Assembly (NCBI GenBank): GCA_001938485.1
Contig: MQRK01232195.1
Location: 1 to 64,000, forward strand
Source of the DNA: Girardia tigrina
Lineage: Eukaryota
Direction of reading: 5' to 3'
DNA length: 64,000 nt
The number at the start of each line of letters is the position of its first letter. Within the stretch, counting starts at the first letter, position 1. The notes below the pieces were generated by a model. The model ran no database searches and was not told the origin of the DNA. It saw nothing but the letters and a program-made list of their open reading frames with translations. Shown here piece by piece: positions 26,650-40,297 of the stretch. The position numbers were made by a program, and so were the translations under genes.

Positions 26650-27300
26650 GCTTCGACGGTTTCTGGTATTCTGAAGTTCATGATGTATTTCTAGGCCAAC
26701 AATATTTTTTGCGAATGTACTTTTCTCTGAATAATGGTTTTAAATACCTCCTCTAAATTGTGTTATACTAATTTTATTTTGTGTCACTTTTGCCTTCTTA
26801 TATTTAGAGACTTCAAAACCTGATATTATTGTCCTGAAATCTTTCTCTCAGCATTCTGAGTAGAGGACTTAATTTTCTCAGTTTGTCTTCTTTGTTGGCT
26901 TCCATTACCAAGAGTAATTCGAAACGATTTCTGGATATAAATTGTGTCATTTTGTTTTATAAAATAGTTTATTTGACTAATAAGTAGCTATTCTAGGAAA
27001 ACGAATTAAACCAACCTCATTAAGAAATCAAAAAGTAACTCCATTGATATCACTCCATTCTGAATTCCAGAATTTGGTTTGATTACTTCTTCCCTTAGTT
27101 GTCCTGCGTATTTGTTGATATATAAAATTATGTGATTGATTATTATGAAAATTTTATAAAGTCATAAAGCTTTAAGTTTGGTAAATCTATCAATTTGTTT
27201 CCATTTAAGTTCTGTATTTTCATTTTCACTTCTTTGTTTTCATCTATTCCTTAATAATAATTTTAAATGTTCACGTTTTTCCACATCTAGCTTACAATAT
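26650..27300 (-). mobile_element. piggyBac transposase fragment
   Basis: ISRNRFELLL...DKLRKLSPLL...RF. Confidence 0.6.
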
Positions 27301-27749
27301 CAAAAGTTTGTCGATTCCTGATTTTAGCCATTTAATTTTTAAATTTTAATATTTTTTACATATACAGTTTAAATAAGGTTATCATCAAATAATTGTAACA
27401 CATCAATCAACCAACCTAAAAAAAACCACAATATAAATCGTATGAAACACCTCATTTTAAATTATTCATCACATGTATATTTCAAATAATTTGAAGGAAG
27501 ACTGATTCCATCAACCTTTTCATTTGATTTTATATTTATTTTACTACTCAAGGTAGATATTTTTAATCTGAACAATACAAGATTATTTTATTTTGTGTCC
27601 ACCACATTTTTAGAAATTCATCTAACCACATTCTTTCAATTTTTTTAATGTTTGTCAATATGTGGAATATTCGTTTTATTCCAAGATATCCGTTTTGTTT
27701 CCATAGTTTTCTTTCAAATAATTGCCGTCCAACGTTAAATACATGCAAA

Positions 27750-27950
27750 CAATACATACCAGTTTCATTCTTAATGACATCTTCAGTTTAATAAAGTAAT
27801 GAATATGAAAATTGTGGATCTAAAAATTACTTTAACATTTTTTATGTTCAACAATTTTACTATAAGTTCGACTGTGTTTTTGGAGTCGTTTGGACAGATT
27901 GATTGACATTCTCCAATATATGTGGCATCGCACCCATTTATATGACTCGT
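27750..27950 (-). mobile_element. Penelope GIY-YIG fragment followed by a degenerate hammerhead
   Basis: GCDATYIGE..NLSKRLQKH; downstream CUGAAGAUGUC...GAAACUGGUA. Confidence 0.6.
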
Positions 27951-29302
27951 ACGTATCAATATAAAGTAGGTAAATATTTGGATTCAAAGTTAAAAGCCCT
28001 TTATAATATGAAACTACTGCATTATGCATCTCAAAAATATGCTTTTAAATACTTTAATGTGATTTAATGAATCACATTACTTCGGTAACGATTCTTTTTA
28101 ATTTATGTCAAAATTATTTAAAATCACTTTCAGACCTTTCTCAAGACCATCATTATATACACCTTAAAATTTTTAATATGGGTCCAATTTGAACCAATTT
28201 CCATCGATTGAGTATGTTAAACTCTTTCAGTACAAAAATGACGACTTATTTCTTCAATTTACAAAGCATCGCACATGTGACAATTGAATCGATAAACTAA
28301 ATTTACCTTAATACACAAAGGAGTTTTTTATTAATTATAAAAATAGTTTATTAACCATTTAAACAATTGACTTTTTATTATGTTCTTGATTCTCGTAGTT
28401 TTTGCGTTGCTATTTTTTAAGTTATTTCAAAAAGTGTCTTCACTATTTACTCTGTAATAAAGAATTTTTCTGAAGTTTCTCGCATTTGAAAGTGAATTTT
28501 CTGAGTTGATAATTTCATCATCTCTGTTTCCTAAAAACGGTATGCTTCGCTCCTGAAAAATAAGGTGGTTCCAAAATTGATAAACTTTCACTGTTTTCTT
28601 GAACCTATTGGGCGAATATCACATGTATTTCTGGTATTCTATCAATTAATTCTTTAAAAAGGTCGAAATTTCTTTTAAAGTGTCAAGCGTTTCAATTTTC
28701 AAATAAAATTTTTGGAATAAGTTAAAAGCCTTTCTACATACGGTATAGCTTAAACATCTCCGAATTTTAATTTTAATTATCTGTTTTATGAAATTGAATT
28801 TAATTTTTACATAATTTATTGCACATTCATTGTGTTTTTATTAATCTTGTTATCAATAGCTTTCAAAGTCATTTTATCTACTATCGATATTTTAATAAAT
28901 ATTATCTCTTGCAATAAAACTTTGATTTAATGAAATGTGTGATAGCAGAATACTGTCTTTAATGAACTTTTTTTAATTTTAGACTCAGTATTAATAATTT
29001 AGCAAATCTTCTTTGTATCGAAACTTGTTAATACGAGTTTATTGTGATAGTCTATAAAGGTTTATTAAGGCAAATGTTTTGTATTAGTTTAGTCAATTTA
29101 TCATAAATAATAACTAAAATTTGATTTTATTAAAATTAATATTATACAGTGTGTTTCGTTCTATTACGTCGTTTTTGCAACTAAAAGCATAGCTGTTCCA
29201 AACAATTACGACAATGTATAAATGCGAAATCGTACTAAAAACAAAATATTTTTAAACCTTTATACCTTTATATACCTTTAAATCAAAATGCTCAATAAGC
29301 TC

Positions 29303-29560
29303 TGTGAGGAATATTTTAAATTTGGTATGTTGAGTTTAGTATTTAGAAATGTGCTTCTCCCACTCAGATGGAAAATTGGTATTTTGGATGTTTGCGATGA
29401 ATAGTTTGCATTTTAAATTTCAACATAAGATATTAAACAAACTTAAAAATTATTTAATATTCAAGTTTTAAACGATTTGATATATTTTAACTTATTTTTA
29501 AATTCAATAAATAAATGCTTTTCGTTTAATAAAATTGTTTTAAAATTAAATTAATTTTTA
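29303..29560 (+). mobile_element. Partial LTR, family 1
   Basis: Starts TGTGAGGAATATTTTAAA; contains TTCTCCCACTCAGATGGAAA. Confidence 0.75.
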
Positions 29561-29869
29561 GATCAAATTAATTTTTAGATCAAAATTATGAATTTGATTT
29601 TTTTACACTTTTGATGCAGTTAATATTAAAAATATATATTTGTTTTAATATTTAATCAATTGTGATTAAACAAATATAAAATAAGGCAAAAAAAATCAAA
29701 TTTAAGAAATTCTTTTATAATATTCTGATATATTATAATTCATGAAATATTTACATTTGATATTTATTTTGATTTATGTTTTCATATTTATATTTTCGTG
29801 AAATTGATTTTCATTAATGTGAAATTGATTTTCATTTGTGTGAAATTGAATTGTAAAATGTATAGTTCT

Positions 29870-30821
29870 TTGATTAAGTATTTTGTAGAAGGTATTCTCA
29901 ACCGTTAGTTCACAGGATTAAGCTACTTCGATCAGAGAAATTATTACACCAAGCAATCAATATTATGAGCAACTAGAAAATAATAATTGGTTATTTGATA
30001 ATTCCTTTCTTACTGATATAGTGGAAAAACTTAATGAGCTGAATTGAAGTTTACAGTGAAAGAACCAACATATTGCTGATATGTTGGACTCAGTTAAAGC
30101 ATTTACCAGCAAATTAACACTATGGAAGTCTCATCTGATGAAAAATTCTTTGGTACATTTTCCAAATATAAAAATTTTTTTTTGAAAATTTAGATGACAA
30201 AAATTGTAGAACAACTACAATTGCTTCACTGGCATTACATCTCGATATACTTATGGAAGAGTTTTGTTCGCTATTCACAGATTTTTCCACATTGGAACCA
30301 ATCATATGCTACTTCCTTAACCCATTTGATTCTACAGATAGTGACATTGCTGAAATTATTACAATATATTTTAAAAGTAGTATTACAATATATTTTGAAG
30401 CATAATGATAAAAAATGATATAATTTTAAAAGCACATAAGAATGACGAAATATTTTGGAAATTAGTCGATGAAAATAAGTATCCATTATTGAGGATTTAT
30501 TCTTTGAAAATTTATTCATATTGTGCTTCGAAAAATTATTGTGAAAGTATTTTTTCCAATATGAAAGTCTAAATATCGTTCAAGACTCACTGATTCTCAC
30601 CTTGATAAATGCATAAGAGCCGGAACTTCGAAGTATATTCTGAATTATGATGAGTTTGTCGAAAATGTACATTGCCAAGCGGCACTTAAATTTTTATATT
30701 TTGTATAGTTCATGAATTAATTTGGATTTTTTTACAAAGATAAAATATTTTTAAATATGCGCCCTCCGAAAGTTTATTTGATAATTGGCGCTCTTGAGTA
30801 TTGAAAGGTCACCGATATCTG
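29870..30821 (+). mobile_element. hAT (Buster/GTF2IRD2-like) transposase 3' half with right TIR
   Basis: FLTDIVEKLNELN, VKAFTSKLTLW, YCESIFSNMK, RSRLTDSHL; TIR ...CCGATATCTG followed by CTCTAGA. Confidence 0.8.
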
Positions 30822-31211
30822 CTCTAGAAAACTCATTCCCATTAATATCAATCAAATTTGCATTGACGTAATAATACTCTTGCTTTTCTTATATAAGAAA
30901 TGAATCATACCGTGATATTACACGTCTTCCAGAGACATTTTAAAATATACGCTAAAGTAACTAATACAAAAAGTAGTTAGGTAAAACAAACTGGATAATA
31001 TTTACCCAGACACATGCGGGCATATATTTTTAGTTTGTTTGTTTGTTCATTTGTTTCTTTAAGAATCTCCATATTTATTTGACTCACTCCGTATGCTAAG
31101 CATGTTTTAACCAGTCAAAGTAAGAAAAGGTACTTTTCATCAATAATTAACAATATTGATCATGAAATTTGTTGAAGTTTATTTAAAAGAAAAGTTTTCC
31201 ATAATAGTGAC

Positions 31212-31737
31212 TATTAAGAACACCAACATGGCTTTTCAAACTTTTATTTTCATTACAATCAGAATTGTCTTTTGGACAACTCTCAGAAAAACTCTCGTCA
31301 TTCGACATCGTTCTAAATTGATAATTTTTTGTTAATGTTTGTTAATAAACAAATATTTCATTATTTTCTGATTTTATTTTTAAAGTTCATTTTTGTAGTT
31401 TTTGTATTAATTTTTATTTACATATTAATTTTATTTAAAAATTATTTTATGTAAAGAAAGAACATTTAATTAATTCAAAACTTAGTTACAACTATTTATT
31501 TTATTTAAATTTTAATATGAAGNNNNNNNNNNNNNNNNNNNNNNNNNNNNNNNNNNNNNNNNNNNNNNNNNNNNNNNNNNNNNNNNNNNNNNNNNNNNNN
31601 NNNNNNNNNNNNNNNNNNNNNNNNNNNNNATATCAATTTTCCATCTGGGTGGGAGAAACACATTTCCAAATACTAAACTCAACATACAAAATTCAACAAA
31701 CCAATTTCAACATACCAAATTTAAAATATTCCTCACA
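31212..31737 (-). mobile_element. Solo LTR, family 1, with 5-bp TSD GTGAC
   Basis: GTGAC at 31207-11 and 31738-42; termini TG...TA; N-gap inside. Confidence 0.9.
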
Positions 31738-31877
31738 GTGACAATTTTCTTTTCACCTACTTTATTAATTTTTATTTTCACTCATCATGTTTTTAGAAAT
31801 AAAAAACTTGGATATTATTTATGTACTTGAATAAGAAAGCTGTCTAATTTTTTGATAAGAAATTTCTTTCATTTTAG

Positions 31878-32075
31878 GACATGCTTCTCTACAATCCACC
31901 AGATAGAATCAATTCTCGAGATGCACTTTTACACTCATATTTCTCTAATCTCAATAAAAGCCAATTACCTGCCAGTGGAGAAGAATATAGAACTTCTCCG
32001 TTTGAAAATCCTCATAAAGCTAGAAACTATTCAATCAAAGAAAACAGTTTAATGGATACTTCTTCAATCAAATGA
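31878..32075 (+). CDS. CDK1: Cyclin-dependent kinase 1, exon 5 (terminal)
   Basis: ttttag acceptor; DMLLYNPPDRINSRDALLHSYF (kinase subdomain XI) then C-terminal tail and TGA; joined CDS 1026 nt. Confidence 0.9.
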   Translation, partial: DMLLYNPPDRINSRDALLHSYFSNLNKSQLPASGEEYRTSPFENPHKARNYSIKENSLMDTSSIK

Positions 32076-32344
32076 CTTTAAAATACGTTATTAGGTGTGT
32101 TCAGTTCTACGTTTTTGTTCGTTCTTTGTGTTTTATTTCAAAGAAAGCTCTGACTTAAAGATTTTTGGTTTTTAAAAATTTATTTAACTTTTGATAATAA
32201 TTGAGTCTCAAAAGTTATGAAATCTTTAAAACATGATCGATTTTTTTAATTGCTGATAATACTTTAAACGTAATTCTTCTATTTTCTGAAATATATTTTT
32301 AATTCATTAATTAAAATATTATTTATATTAAATTTTATATTTTT

Positions 32345-32389
32345 ATCGACAATTAATTACGATGGTATAACCGCCATCCTCAAGTCGTC
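32345..32389 (-). ncRNA. Degenerate minimal (Penelope-type) hammerhead ribozyme
   Basis: CGAC-UUGAGGA-U-GGCGG/CCAUC-GUAA-UUAAUU-GUCG: stems I, II and palindromic stem III present; two core deviations. Confidence 0.5.
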
Positions 32390-33803
32390 AAGAAAAAATA
32401 TGAATCTTAAATCTTCTTATATTTAAAAATTGTGTTATCAGTGAATGATTATGTCATCAAAACAAATTGAATAAGGATGATCAGTAACAGTATCCGGGAA
32501 TCTCAACACATGACATTTCATCAGATTCACTTCATCTTTGGTACATTTTCATGACATTTTTATAGAAAAGAAATAAAAGTATTTCTATTTTGTAGATGAT
32601 TGATAAAAAATTAAACTAAAAATAATTTAAATGTTATAAGCTACCAAAGAAAGTAAATATTTTTTGAAATTTGATATTATAATATATTTATAATAATACT
32701 ATATTTATATATTTTATAATTTTTATATTTTATAATATTTATTTGATAAATATTATGAAAAAACAAAATATTTGTAAGAAGAACTGAAATTGATTTGAAA
32801 GTTTTATTTTCTTTTAAATTAATACATCCATTAATGTACATCATCACACTTCTCTTTATCGTATATACTGAAAACAATTAGCAAAATCTTTAAATTAAAT
32901 ATCAAAATGACACTAATATTATATACATTTTCATATTTCATGCCATTGCACATGTGAAACGACTTTTTAAAATGCCAATCAGTTTAATGTTTTATAGTGA
33001 TTTATCATGGCATTCAGTTGACGATACTTTTTCTTTGACTGTATTTCTTGTCCGTATCAAAATTGAAGATATAAGGCATATTTAAATTCAATTTCTTTAA
33101 TAAGAACCTCGAGAAAATTCCAGATTGTTTGTTGGATGTGAGAACCGAAGTAAAGATTGTAAACTAAATGGTCAACCTTCTAATGTGTTTGTTGTTCTCA
33201 CTAAATTATCAAATGCGGTTTCATGATGATTCGATAACTTCGGTTGAAATAAAATATTTTTTCGACTACCACTTATCATTTGATGTCCCTCATAACTGAG
33301 CAGTTGCAGCACTCGTGTGACCGTGACACTTTGGCGTCTGGGGGAGGACTTTGGGTCGAGGGGAAGGACCAATCATATTCTCAGCTAATAGAGTTTCCGC
33401 TCCTCGGTCAATCGGTTCGCTGTTGTTCAAGTAATAGTTTAAGTCGCATCAGTTTTGTTTTAAAAGTAATTTATCAAAAATCTAGAGCTTCTTCTAAATA
33501 TTTTATAGCATTTTTGAAGTCTTTCTGTTGAATAAGGCATCGACTAAGATTTCTGAAAACTGTAACTTTATGATCATTATTCGATATAAAGTGAAATAAT
33601 CGTTTGAAAAATCGATATTAGGAAATGTAGAGAGGTAAATTTGAATTCTTAGAGTGAATCTGAGCCTTATTCATCAATACTTGGAACAAATTCTCTATTT
33701 GAAAATTAATGAGCGAGTTTATGCAAGGAAACAGATGTTCCGAGGTAGAATTGAAACCATCTAAGTGTTCAAAAATTATAAAAAGTTTTATCAAAATTAT
33801 ATC

Positions 33804-36800
33804 TGTGATGAATATTTTGAATGGTGCTTATTGTATGTTGTTTGGTATGTTGTTTTAGGATTGTGTTTCTCCCACCCACATGGAAGATTAATATTTTAAA
33901 TATTTTAAAACGTCGAATTATTTCTTCTATTTTAAAATTTGAATAACTTACTTTAAAATTTAATTAACATATAAATAATATATCTAAAATATTTTTTAAA
34001 TAATTAAAATTATTTTTGTAATTTATACTATAAATTATTTTGAAAGCGAATTTTAAATAAATTGTAATTTAAATTTGTTTAAATAATAATACGTTGAGAA
34101 ATATAATTAAATTTATTAATCAAGAACGATGATGAGCTACGAAAGTTTTATGGAGAATTGTCATTGAGACAATTCAAGTTGTGATGCAAATAAATGTATT
34201 AAAAATCCAATCAGTGTTCTTAATATGGCGACCAACGACCATGTGACTCCGCACATCAAAGGTCCAGAGATATTCGACAGATCTGAGTCAAAAGTAGAGG
34301 AATTCTTAAAGAGCTTCGGCAGATATGCGAAGATCATGGGATCCTAAGAAGAAAGAAGAGTCTTGCTGGTGACAGCATTCATAACTCTAGAATCAATAAA
34401 TAAGTACTAGAATGCACAAGGAGATACCTGGGAAACAATAATGAGATCCGCATTCACCAGAGAAAAGAAAATCCTTGAGATAATAATGGAACTTGTCGAA
34501 ATAAAAGTTGGATCGAACGACCCTTACAAATAGACGAACTAGTTTGGAAAACTAGTAGAAAAGAAATTAGGAAAAAATAGATATCAGACCTGGTATATGC
34601 AAACGTGGTAGATGATAGAAAAAAGAAAAAAAAAAGAGAGAGATAGCCGTGAGAGATGTCGAATGTATACAGAAGAAAATATACGAATTAGAATCTAAGA
34701 GCAGAGATATAAGAGTGGACACTTACTCGACAAAGAGGGACAATGAAAGGAGAACAGTCAAACATAAGAGACGATGGCCAAGACCACGAAACGAAGAAAG
34801 AATAGTAGAAGAAACAATGAGAAATTTTAAAACGAGAAGAATTTCTTGTTGGGCATGCAACGACGAAGGTCATGTGAGAAGAGAATGCCCAAACATTAGG
34901 TGCAACCACTGTAACAGGAAAGGACACGTAAGAACACAGTGCTATGAAAATCCGAATAGATTCAGAGAACGGAAGCAATGGAAACGAGACAAAAAAACGC
35001 TGGAAGAGATAACAGAAGAAATTATTTGCATGTGAAATATGGAGAACGAAGGACAAAGACAAATAGAAAATATCCAGTGGCTGAATTAGGAGAACGAAGT
35101 GAGGACTGGACAGAATGTCCGAAAGAATAGATATAAGGGGAGGTGTGACAAGAAGAGATTGCTTCACGATGAATAGGAAATTTAGAGACGAACAGGGAAA
35201 CGAAGACGCACGATCACAGGAAGAAGTGATTAGTGAGCTATAATAGAAAGTAAATGTAGGTGTATAATAGATTTTATGTGTGAATGTGTATGTGATTGTA
35301 TGTTTCATGATGTGTATAAAAATATTCCTCTAGAGGTGTGTATATTAGATGGTGAACATGATGAAAATGATGAAAAAGTTGATAGTATGAAAACTGAAAA
35401 AGAGAAGAAGAGAAAAAGAATGTAGATGTATTGAGAATACCAATGTTTAACATAAATTATAAAGAATTGAAAGAACGATCAAGTATAGAGTTTCACATAA
35501 AGAATAAAAATGTACAGTGCCTGTTAGACACAGGAACCCGAGTCAACGTTATGAAAGCAGAGATTATCAAAGATATGAAAGATGTCAACATCAAAGAAAC
35601 AAAACGACGCATACACTGTGCAAATGATTCGGAACTTATGAAGTATGGCATTATGCAACTACAAGTGATAATTGAAAAGGAAGAGAAAATGATTGATTTT
35701 TTGTAGTCAAAGATCTAGATCCGGAAATGATAGCAGGGATAGATGTTTTGGACAAATTGAGAATAGTTGAAGAAAGAACCACCTCAAACTGAGAAGGTAC
35801 TAGCAATACGAGACAACCCCTCTGATAGTATAGACTAAAAAGAATAAAAGAGCTGTGCGAAAAGAAAATCGACGACCAACTCATGAAACTTTAAAGAGCA
35901 TATAAATCAATATTTATGGTCGACAAATGGGATATTGGAAGAACTTTATTAAGAAAACAGAAAATCGAAACACATGGAGAACCGGTATTAGTTAAACCTT
36001 GTCAACAACCGAAAAATTTTAAAGAAAAATTGGACGACATCATTAGAAATTATGAAGAAAACGATATTATCGAAAAGTACAGTTCCCCGTGGAAGTTTCC
36101 TCTGGTATGTGTTTGGAAAAAAGAGAAACAGGACATAAAGTATAGATTTTTTGACAATCGAACAAAATCACGGTCAGACCTGCATTTTCAATGCCAAGCG
36201 TAGAGTAGATGCTAAACACTCTAAATGGAGCAAAGTACTTCAGCACGATCGACTTTGGAAGCGCATACTATAAAATTGAGAGGGAAGATGAATCAAAAAT
36301 CAAAACAGTATTCTCGACAAAAAATGGCCAATAGTGTTTCAAGAGAATGCCGTTCGGAATTGCGGCGGCACCAGCAACGTTCCAAAAACTAACGATAAAA
36401 GTTTTGGGCGAATTGAACTGGATAGAGGCAGTTGTATATTTCTTTATTAAGAACAACAACATGGCTTTTCGAACTTTTATTTTCAATACAATTAGAATTG
36501 TCTTTTGGACAACTCTCAGCAAAGCTTTCGTAATTCGACATCGTTCTAAATTGTTGAATTTTAGTCAATGTTTTTTAATAAACAATTATTCGAACAAATT
36601 TTTCATTATTTTCAGATTTTATTTTTAAAGTTCAAATTTTGTAATTTTAGTAATAATTTTATCTACATATTAATTTTATTGAAAAAAATGATTTTATGGA
36701 AAGAAAGAACATTTATTTAATTTAAAACTTAGTTAAAGTTATTTACTTTATTTAAATTTTTAATATGAAAATTTGAAACGATTTAATATTTTTAAAGTTT

Positions 36801-37860
36801 TTTAAATATATTATGCTGTACTTTAAAATGCAAATTATACACGAATAATTATTTATCGTGAACATCCAAAATATCAATTTTGCATTTGGGTGGGAGAAAC
36901 ACATTTCCAAAGTACTAAACTCAATATACAAAATTCAATAAACCAATCTCAACATACCAAATTTAAAATATTCCTCACAGGGCAATAATCTGATTTTTGC
37001 GAAAGATAAAAAGAACATCTCAAACGAATTGAACACGTATTTAGTAAAATAAAGGAATCAGCTCTAAGAATAAACCCGGAGAAATGCCACTTCTTGATTG
37101 AAAGGACAAAGTTTTTCGAATACATGATCAGCAACAATGGCATAGAAACAGATCAGACAAAGAACAATGTGATCAGTAAGTTTCATAACCCTTCATGTGT
37201 TAAGCACTTGAGGAGTTTTTTTGGGTTTAACAAACTATTACAGAAAATTTCTAAAAGTCTACGCAAAATATTCAAAAGTATTGGAAGGGCTATGTGGAAA
37301 GAATAAAGATAAAAAAATAATATGGACGGAAGAATGTAACGAGGCGTTTCAGAAATTAAAGGAAAAAATTATCAAAGCACAAATGCTATCGTACCCAGAC
37401 TTTGGAAATGAGTTCATACACCAGCTTTGACACAATTGGCGCAGTGTTTTCACAAAAAGACTTATATGGAAGAGAAAGAGTGATTGTGTATGGATCCCAC
37501 AAAATGAACAAACATGAATTCGGATACTGTATTAAGAGAAAAGAATTTTTGGTAATCTACTATTTTACACAACACTTTAAACACTATCTTTACGAAAAGA
37601 AATTTTTATTAAGAACGGATCACAAAGATATCATATTTATGTAGACGACAAAGAATCCAATAACTCCACAGTTTCAAACTTGGATAAATTTCCTTTGTGG
37701 GTTAGATATGAAAGTAGAATACTGAAAAGGTGAAAAACACTCTAACACCGATGCAATGTCGAGAAATTCCTGTGAAATGTGTGTACAATGTCAGACGATG
37801 CACGAAGAAGCTAAGGAAGGAAAAATTAAAACAAGGATCTTATCCCTAGACGATGAATCA
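33804..37860 (+). mobile_element. Gypsy family 1 element (5' LTR 33804-34225, PBS, gag, PR, RT, RNase H), decayed and 3'-truncated
   Basis: TGGCGACC PBS; CCHC x2; CLLDTG; MPFGI..APATFQ; FDTIGAVFSQ; LRTDH. Confidence 0.9.
36445..36979 (-). mobile_element. Solo LTR, family 1, nested in the RT YxDD region
   Basis: Near-identical to 31212-31737; no TSD visible. Confidence 0.85.
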
Positions 37861-37931
37861 AAAGATTTTCATAATAATTTAGTTTTCCATAATAACTGAA
37901 CATTAATAAAAAGTTAAAGAATCTTTTATTT

Positions 37932-38352
37932 GAAAAATATTTCCAGTAAACTCGATGTAATTAAATATTTTGTATTTTTGTTCAATATTCTGAAATTTTC
38001 AATTTACTAAATTTTTATTTACCCAAAGAAATGATGAATTGTGAATGAAGAAATTTTAAATAGATTTCCAGGAAGAACTGTCAAAGTTATGAAAAGTATT
38101 GCATTGAAACATAAGCAGTTATTTACATAAAGATGTTAAATACTAGAAAAATATTTCCAGTAAACTCGATGTAATTAAATATTTTGTATTTTTGATTCAA
38201 TATTCTGAAATTTTCAATTAACTAAATTTTTATTTACCCAAAGAAATGATGAATTGTGAATGAAGAAATTTTAAATAGATTTCCAGGAAGAACTGTCAAA
38301 GTTATGAAAAGTATTGCATTGAAACATAAGCAGTTATTTACATAAAGATGTT
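37932..38352 (+). repeat. Tandem duplication (~210 bp x2) of a Helitron PIF1-like helicase fragment
   Basis: Copies 37932-38137 and 38146-38352; TQRNDE..VNEEILNRFPGRTVKVMKSI resembles the Helitron helicase. Confidence 0.65.
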
Positions 38353-39104
38353 TAGTAAAGGGGAACAATTTCATTCTCCTTCTCCAAACTTTCAGAGACA
38401 ACAGCACGAATGTTAACTGAACAATTATCTAATGAGCCTCTAGTCAAACACATATTGGAGATGTATGTAAATTAGAATAAATCATTATTTTACTTCAATT
38501 TAATTTCTAGCTTGTAACAACTTTACTTGATGTATTAAAATGATGAAATACGTGTGAAATACGGACAAAATACTAATTTTTTAATTCAATCGAATAATTG
38601 TTATAAAAATGTAATCTAATTTTCATTCGAAATTCAATAAACAAGAATAAATTTAGTGCAGGGGTTCCCAACCTTTTGGTAGCTTAGACTCCCTAAACTT
38701 TTTTAGTTTCTCAGTATTTCCAAAAAAGGACACTTTGAATTCAATTATTATTTCAAAAATTTCAAAAATTTTTATTCAGTTTATAAAGAAAAGATATTAT
38801 AATTCAATTATTAATATTATTTTTTAATTTTATTTTCTTTAATTCTTAATTTAATTCTATAATTGATTTATAGATATTTGCGCTCATTTTCGATTGGTAA
38901 AAAAATACTTTATAAACCGGTTATTCAAAGTCGACCGTCTGCACAACTATATCCAGATAATTACCATCCCAACTAATTTTTTTCTTCTCTCTCAAATAAA
39001 GATGTCCAACGAATAGAAATTATTCACATGTACAGAATATGAACAGTAAATATTTACTCACATCGAATGTCATAGAATTATTTTAAACTCATTCTAAATT
39101 CGAA

Positions 39105-39513
39105 ATGAAGAAAAAACTTGTTTTTTATTTTTTCTGTTTTATATTTTTTGCACTTCTAATTCTACAATGGATAGTAAAGAAAGATACTGTCAGTAAATCA
39201 GCCATTTCTATAGTATTTTTAAATTATTCAGAAATTTATCGAAATATTACCAAACCTTATCAAAATATTTCCAAACAAAATATTACTCCAACGATAAGAT
39301 ACTTAATAACAACAAAGAAAGCTGAAAATATAAGTTTAAAGCTTATTTACTTCAAAAGAAAATTGTCGACTCTTCAAATTAAGCATACTTTGGAATTAAT
39401 TGAAGTATTCATTAAACAGCTTGATAAACATAATGTCACTTATTTCGCATATGGTGGAACTCTGATTGGAATTCATCGACATCATGGACTGATTCCTTGG
39501 GACGATGATATTG
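39105..39513 (+). CDS. LicD/fukutin-related nucleotidyltransferase (type II membrane), exon 1
   Basis: N-terminal TM segment; YFAYGGTLIGIHRHHGLIPWDDDI(D) LicD signature; GT at 39514. Confidence 0.9.
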
Positions 39514-39855
39514 GTAAACTATTTAATATATATTTGATATTTCTCTTTTTTATAAATGATAAAATAGTTTAGTTCAGATCCTGTAGATTTCAATTTCTAC
39601 ATGAATAGAAAATATTAGCCCTATTGGGAAAAAATTTTGCTGGAAATTTGAAATTGAAATTTCACTTAAAAACAATCAAATTGTTCCGTAATTAATTATA
39701 AATTAACATTAAATTATTCACATAAATAATTAAAAAATGACGATAAATTATTTTTTAAATTCAAAAAACGTTCGTCATAATGTATTGTAATCAATTTCGA
39801 CGAATCAACAGTTATCATCAGTCTAAATTAACAATGATATATTCGCATTTATATA

Positions 39856-40297
39856 TTAGGTTGGTTGAAAAATAATGGCAGCTTTTGAGCTTTATATTTT
39901 GTTTATCTACTTTGATATGTATATAAGTTTAAATGCATTAGTGTTAGATATTATTTGAAATCTTATGCCTAACTGTATATTCCTATAGCCATTATTAACA
40001 TATTGCTGTTATTTTTTATAATATTTACGGTGCTAAATTAATAATGGAAAAGATTAAAATTCGAGCAATTTTCTTCTACGAATTTAAACTGGGTCGTAAA
40101 GCAGCAGAAACGGCTCGCAATATCAATAAAGCGTTTGGCAATGGAACAGCTTCTGAGCGCACAGTGCAACGAAGGTTCCGAAAATTTTCTGATGGAGATG
40201 AAAACCTTGAAAATAAAGAAGGTCGTGGTCGTCCAGTTGCTGTTAACAACGGCAATTTGAAGACAATGGTGGAAACAGATCCCCGTACAACAAACAC
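39856..40297 (+). mobile_element. mariner element 5' part (TIR plus transposase HTH)
   Basis: TA|TTAGGTTGG TIR; IRAIFFYEFKLGRKAAETARNINKAFG...GRGRP. Confidence 0.9.

Noticed and set aside
37932-38352. Tandem duplication as a functional repeat
   Set aside because: Two near-identical copies of a TE scrap; recent duplication or haplotype assembly artefact.
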